DNA of 56,972 nucleotides from a virus (Duplodnaviria; Caudoviricetes): IMG/VR virus record IMGVR_UViG_3300043654_000022, positions 1-56,972 of that record. One strand, written 5' to 3'. Below, one piece after another: positions 54,151 to 56,972 of this stretch (its first letter is position 1; each line of letters starts with the position of its first letter). Below the pieces are notes generated by a model. That model did not search any database and had not been told where the DNA came from. It saw only the letters and a list, made by a program, of their open reading frames with translations. Made by a program: the position numbers and the translations under genes.

Positions 54151-54621
54151 CTAACTGTTTATTCGATTAACCCAACCATGCAAAAATTCTGCGTCCAGCG
54201 GATTACGATTGACTACATCCATGCAGTGATTAATCAGCGTGGTGCGGTAGCGATTGATGTCGCCGTGTTCGTTCACCGCGGCCAATGTGTTTGGTCCGAA
54301 TGCGCCGTCTGAGGCGACTTGAATCTCGTCGCTCATCGATATTTGCAGCAGCTTCACCGCGGTCTTCACGCCGAACAGAACACCACAATCGAATAGTTTC
54401 TCAGCCAGCGGTTGGTCATTAATCTGAGAATAAAGGTCTTTCCAATAGTGCGCGCTATAATACATCGTCGCCTGCTCTGGAGTAATGTTCGCAATGTTAG
54501 CACCCGGCATGTCGGCTTGGGTGATGCCGTACTTGGTTGGCCCACCCTTATCGTCCGGGTTGTTAACGTAGCCGCCTTCGTGGACTAACGTCTTTTGAAC
54601 AGCGATTTGAAAATCTGCCAT
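54151..54621 (-). CDS. endolysin, glycoside hydrolase family 108
   Basis: HEGGYVNNPDDKGGPTKYGIT; DG.FGP.TL; F..GW.NR. Confidence 0.93.
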   Translation of the reverse strand: MADFQIAVQKTLVHEGGYVNNPDDKGGPTKYGITQADMPGANIANITPEQATMYYSAHYWKDLYSQINDQPLAEKLFDCGVLFGVKTAVKLLQISMSDEIQVASDGAFGPNTLAAVNEHGDINRYRTTLINHCMDVVNRNPLDAEFLHGWVNRINS

Positions 54622-55679
54622 AATCCTCTCTCCTGTTTTTCTTCTTCGATTTCAAGGGTGCGCTTCCAAACTCCCAAGGCCCACTCATTGTGCGCTCTCA
54701 ACGAGGAAATACCCAAATTGCGAACCTCTGGATACTTGAGCAGGTCGATTCCTACGCGTGCCACATCGCTCGCGTCATCCGGGTCCGCCCACCACAAGCA
54801 GGGTGCCCAAGAGATAGCCGGGGACACCACGGAAGGCACGCCTGCGTTGATGCCGTCGGCGGTAATCATGTTGAACGATTCGGTGTAAGAGACTTGAATA
54901 AGCAGGTCCATCGCGCCAACTTCCTCGATGAAGTCGTCCCAATAGCGCCACGGATGGCGAACGAGAGTGACGCCGGAATTTTCCAACATCTGCTCGATGG
55001 CGAGAGAGGTCATACACCCGTCTTCTTCCCCGCCCGTGCTCATGTGGAACTCGACCAAAACCTGCAACTGGCGCTGAATCAAAACAGCCGCGGCTGCCGC
55101 AGTCATGAAGTTCTTTTGCGGTCTCACCGCGCCGAATGCTCCAATCTTGAGTGAGTACGGCTTGGTGCGGTCAGGCACTGGATTCATCACGTCACGGTCC
55201 AGCGGGTAAAGGTTCGGCAGAAGGACGGCGTCCTCACAAAAGGATTCGCGCAGCCATTCAACGTAGCGCTTCGAATTGCCACCAACTGAAAGATTTGGGT
55301 GGTACTTCGCCAATTCGACGTAGGCTCGAATGTTGCGCACACCCTCGAAATCAGCTTGCAGAAAGCCTACGTTCGAATGAGAGAGCGCGGTGAATTCGAT
55401 ATACGGGAAGTGGTAAAGTAGCTGTTTCAAATCGTGGGGGCTCAACCACGGCGCGGAGATTACGACGTGCGTCAAAGGCACCCCGTGCTTCTCCCGGTAC
55501 GCGTCGATGGCGTGAACCAAGTCTACGTTGTGGCGAACTGGAAACACGACCGTCTCGATTCCCGCCTCATTCAATACCTTCGCGGTTGCATAACCCGCGA
55601 CGTTTAGCCCCACGCAGCTTGAGCGAAGCCACGCAGCGAAGTCCTTAAATGCTAGTGCTACCCTCACATCTTTCATCAT
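54585..55679 (-). CDS. GT-B fold glycosyltransferase-like protein
   Basis: FGAVRPQKN, DL..QVS.TESFN...AD....GVP.V.S. Confidence 0.75.
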   Translation of the reverse strand: MMKDVRVALAFKDFAAWLRSSCVGLNVAGYATAKVLNEAGIETVVFPVRHNVDLVHAIDAYREKHGVPLTHVVISAPWLSPHDLKQLLYHFPYIEFTALSHSNVGFLQADFEGVRNIRAYVELAKYHPNLSVGGNSKRYVEWLRESFCEDAVLLPNLYPLDRDVMNPVPDRTKPYSLKIGAFGAVRPQKNFMTAAAAAVLIQRQLQVLVEFHMSTGGEEDGCMTSLAIEQMLENSGVTLVRHPWRYWDDFIEEVGAMDLLIQVSYTESFNMITADGINAGVPSVVSPAISWAPCLWWADPDDASDVARVGIDLLKYPEVRNLGISSLRAHNEWALGVWKRTLEIEEEKQERGLWQIFKSLFKRR

Positions 55680-56020
55680 TCCCCCTTCGGTCCTTTTGCT
55701 TGATACTTGTCTGGGCGGGCTAAAAATTCTTGGAGCTCCACAGAACCGTAGTCCGTGTACTCGATGGCGAACAAACGTTGCCAAGGATAGCGCAACTGTT
55801 TCTTGAAATTGTCAAGCGCTTCTTTTGCGCGTCTCTCCTCGCTTTTGAATAAGTGCTTTGACCACAATCGTAAATATCGTCTTCGCATTTTCTTAAATCG
55901 TTCCGAAGCTCGATATTTTCTAATTACTTCTAATCCTCGTTTCGTTCTCTGGTATTTCTTCGCGGCTTTAAGAGACGCCCGTCGTTTACGAGACGGACGA
56001 CCAGCCATCTTATGTCTCAT
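55676..56020 (-). CDS. basic hypothetical protein
   Basis: ATGA coupling at both ends; Arg/Lys-rich. Confidence 0.55.
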   Translation of the reverse strand: MRHKMAGRPSRKRRASLKAAKKYQRTKRGLEVIRKYRASERFKKMRRRYLRLWSKHLFKSEERRAKEALDNFKKQLRYPWQRLFAIEYTDYGSVELQEFLARPDKYQAKGPKGE

Positions 56021-56679
56021 ATGATGATTCCCGGCTCATCCGTTATAGTATACACACCTAGCTCAGGAACGCAGGTGAATTTTGTGCCCTTCCACTCGAA
56101 AGACTTGTTCGCGTGGTAGTTCCCGAAGACCCACTCTTTCGGCTTGTGAATATCGAACATCTGTTGCAACGCCACAGAGGTACGGCTAGTGCCGCAAACT
56201 AGCTTCTCTTTGCGGAAGCCGCCCAACACTTGAGTAAGCATCCATGACGCGGCCGCTGTGGGGGCTTCGTGGGTGGCCACGATTTCTGGCTTAACTTTTT
56301 CATACATGTCGATGGCATCGGCCAATTGTGGATAGCTCAACTCTTCGTTCTCCCACCAGCTTCTGCCGGGAACGCGGTACATGTAATCGATACTGTACGC
56401 GCCGCCCAAAAAGAACATCTTAATGTCTGGATAGTAGCCGTACTCGCCCGCGTATCCTCGGTCAGACAATTGCGCGCACTCGGCTGGGTCATCGTGATTG
56501 CCGCGAATCCACTTATGGTCGCCTGAGTTCATAATATCTTGGTGGAGACCCGGGGTCCCGGAAAAGCCGACGCCCATGTCGCCCACTTGAAAGGTGCGCT
56601 GACCGGCGTATTTTTGACGCAGAATCTTTTGATACCGGTCGGTCTTGCCGTGCACGTCACCGATAAAAGTTATTTTCAT
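56017..56679 (-). CDS. calcineurin-like metallophosphoesterase
   Basis: GDVHG, VGDMG, RGNHD, THEAP, FGNYH. Confidence 0.9.
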   Translation of the reverse strand: MKITFIGDVHGKTDRYQKILRQKYAGQRTFQVGDMGVGFSGTPGLHQDIMNSGDHKWIRGNHDDPAECAQLSDRGYAGEYGYYPDIKMFFLGGAYSIDYMYRVPGRSWWENEELSYPQLADAIDMYEKVKPEIVATHEAPTAAASWMLTQVLGGFRKEKLVCGTSRTSVALQQMFDIHKPKEWVFGNYHANKSFEWKGTKFTCVPELGVYTITDEPGIII

Positions 56680-56972
56680 TTTTCCTTCTTATAGAATTTC
56701 ATCGCTTTTTCCACCAAGAAATCCAAGTGATACGCGACGTTCTCTTCATCTTTCAAATCCAGACCGCGAAAAGTTAGCATCGCGTTAATGACGTGCCAGC
56801 ACTCGTGGACAATCGTGCAAATAGGTTGGCACTTTTTATCAATGAGAATGTAAGCGTAGTCTCCTTTCTTCGAGAGCCAAGTCATCGCCTCCGTAACTTC
56901 TCTCGCTCCGTGACTTCCCAACTTGAGGTGCTGAGTTGCTAAGTCGAAATCGTCGGTTTCTACGAAATGAAC
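56676..56972 (-). CDS. HExxH protein, 5' end probably outside the window
   Basis: TIVHECWH...E..AY. Confidence 0.55.
   Translation of the reverse strand, partial: VHFVETDDFDLATQHLKLGSHGAREVTEAMTWLSKKGDYAYILIDKKCQPICTIVHECWHVINAMLTFRGLDLKDEENVAYHLDFLVEKAMKFYKKEK

Overview
This is a 57-kb segment of a tailed dsDNA phage or prophage genome, probably podovirus-like: it has a portal, tail-tube-like proteins and ejection-like proteins, and I recognised no sheath or tape measure. 1.7-7.1 kb is a dense RNA operon with 22 tRNA or tRNA-like genes, a compact RNase P RNA (4081-4355) that appears to lack the elbow-reading CR-II/CR-III motifs, about 9 unassigned structured RNAs and two HNH genes. 7-42.6 kb (+ strand) is the morphogenesis module: terminase, portal, scaffold, a major capsid gene split by two group I introns around a 22-nt micro-exon, tail/fibre proteins and ejection proteins. 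42.5-57 kb (- strand) holds a tyrosine integrase split in two by a free-standing PD-(D/E)XK endonuclease, an IS1595 element with passenger genes and nested ends, RtcB RNA ligase, glycosyltransferases, a GH108 endolysin and a metallophosphoesterase. The best candidate for a new system is the tRNA-production module: a stripped RNase P ribozyme alongside tRNAs with compensated non-canonical elbows, CCA-ended non-tRNA RNAs and RtcB. All calls were made by eye; no searches or folding programs were run.
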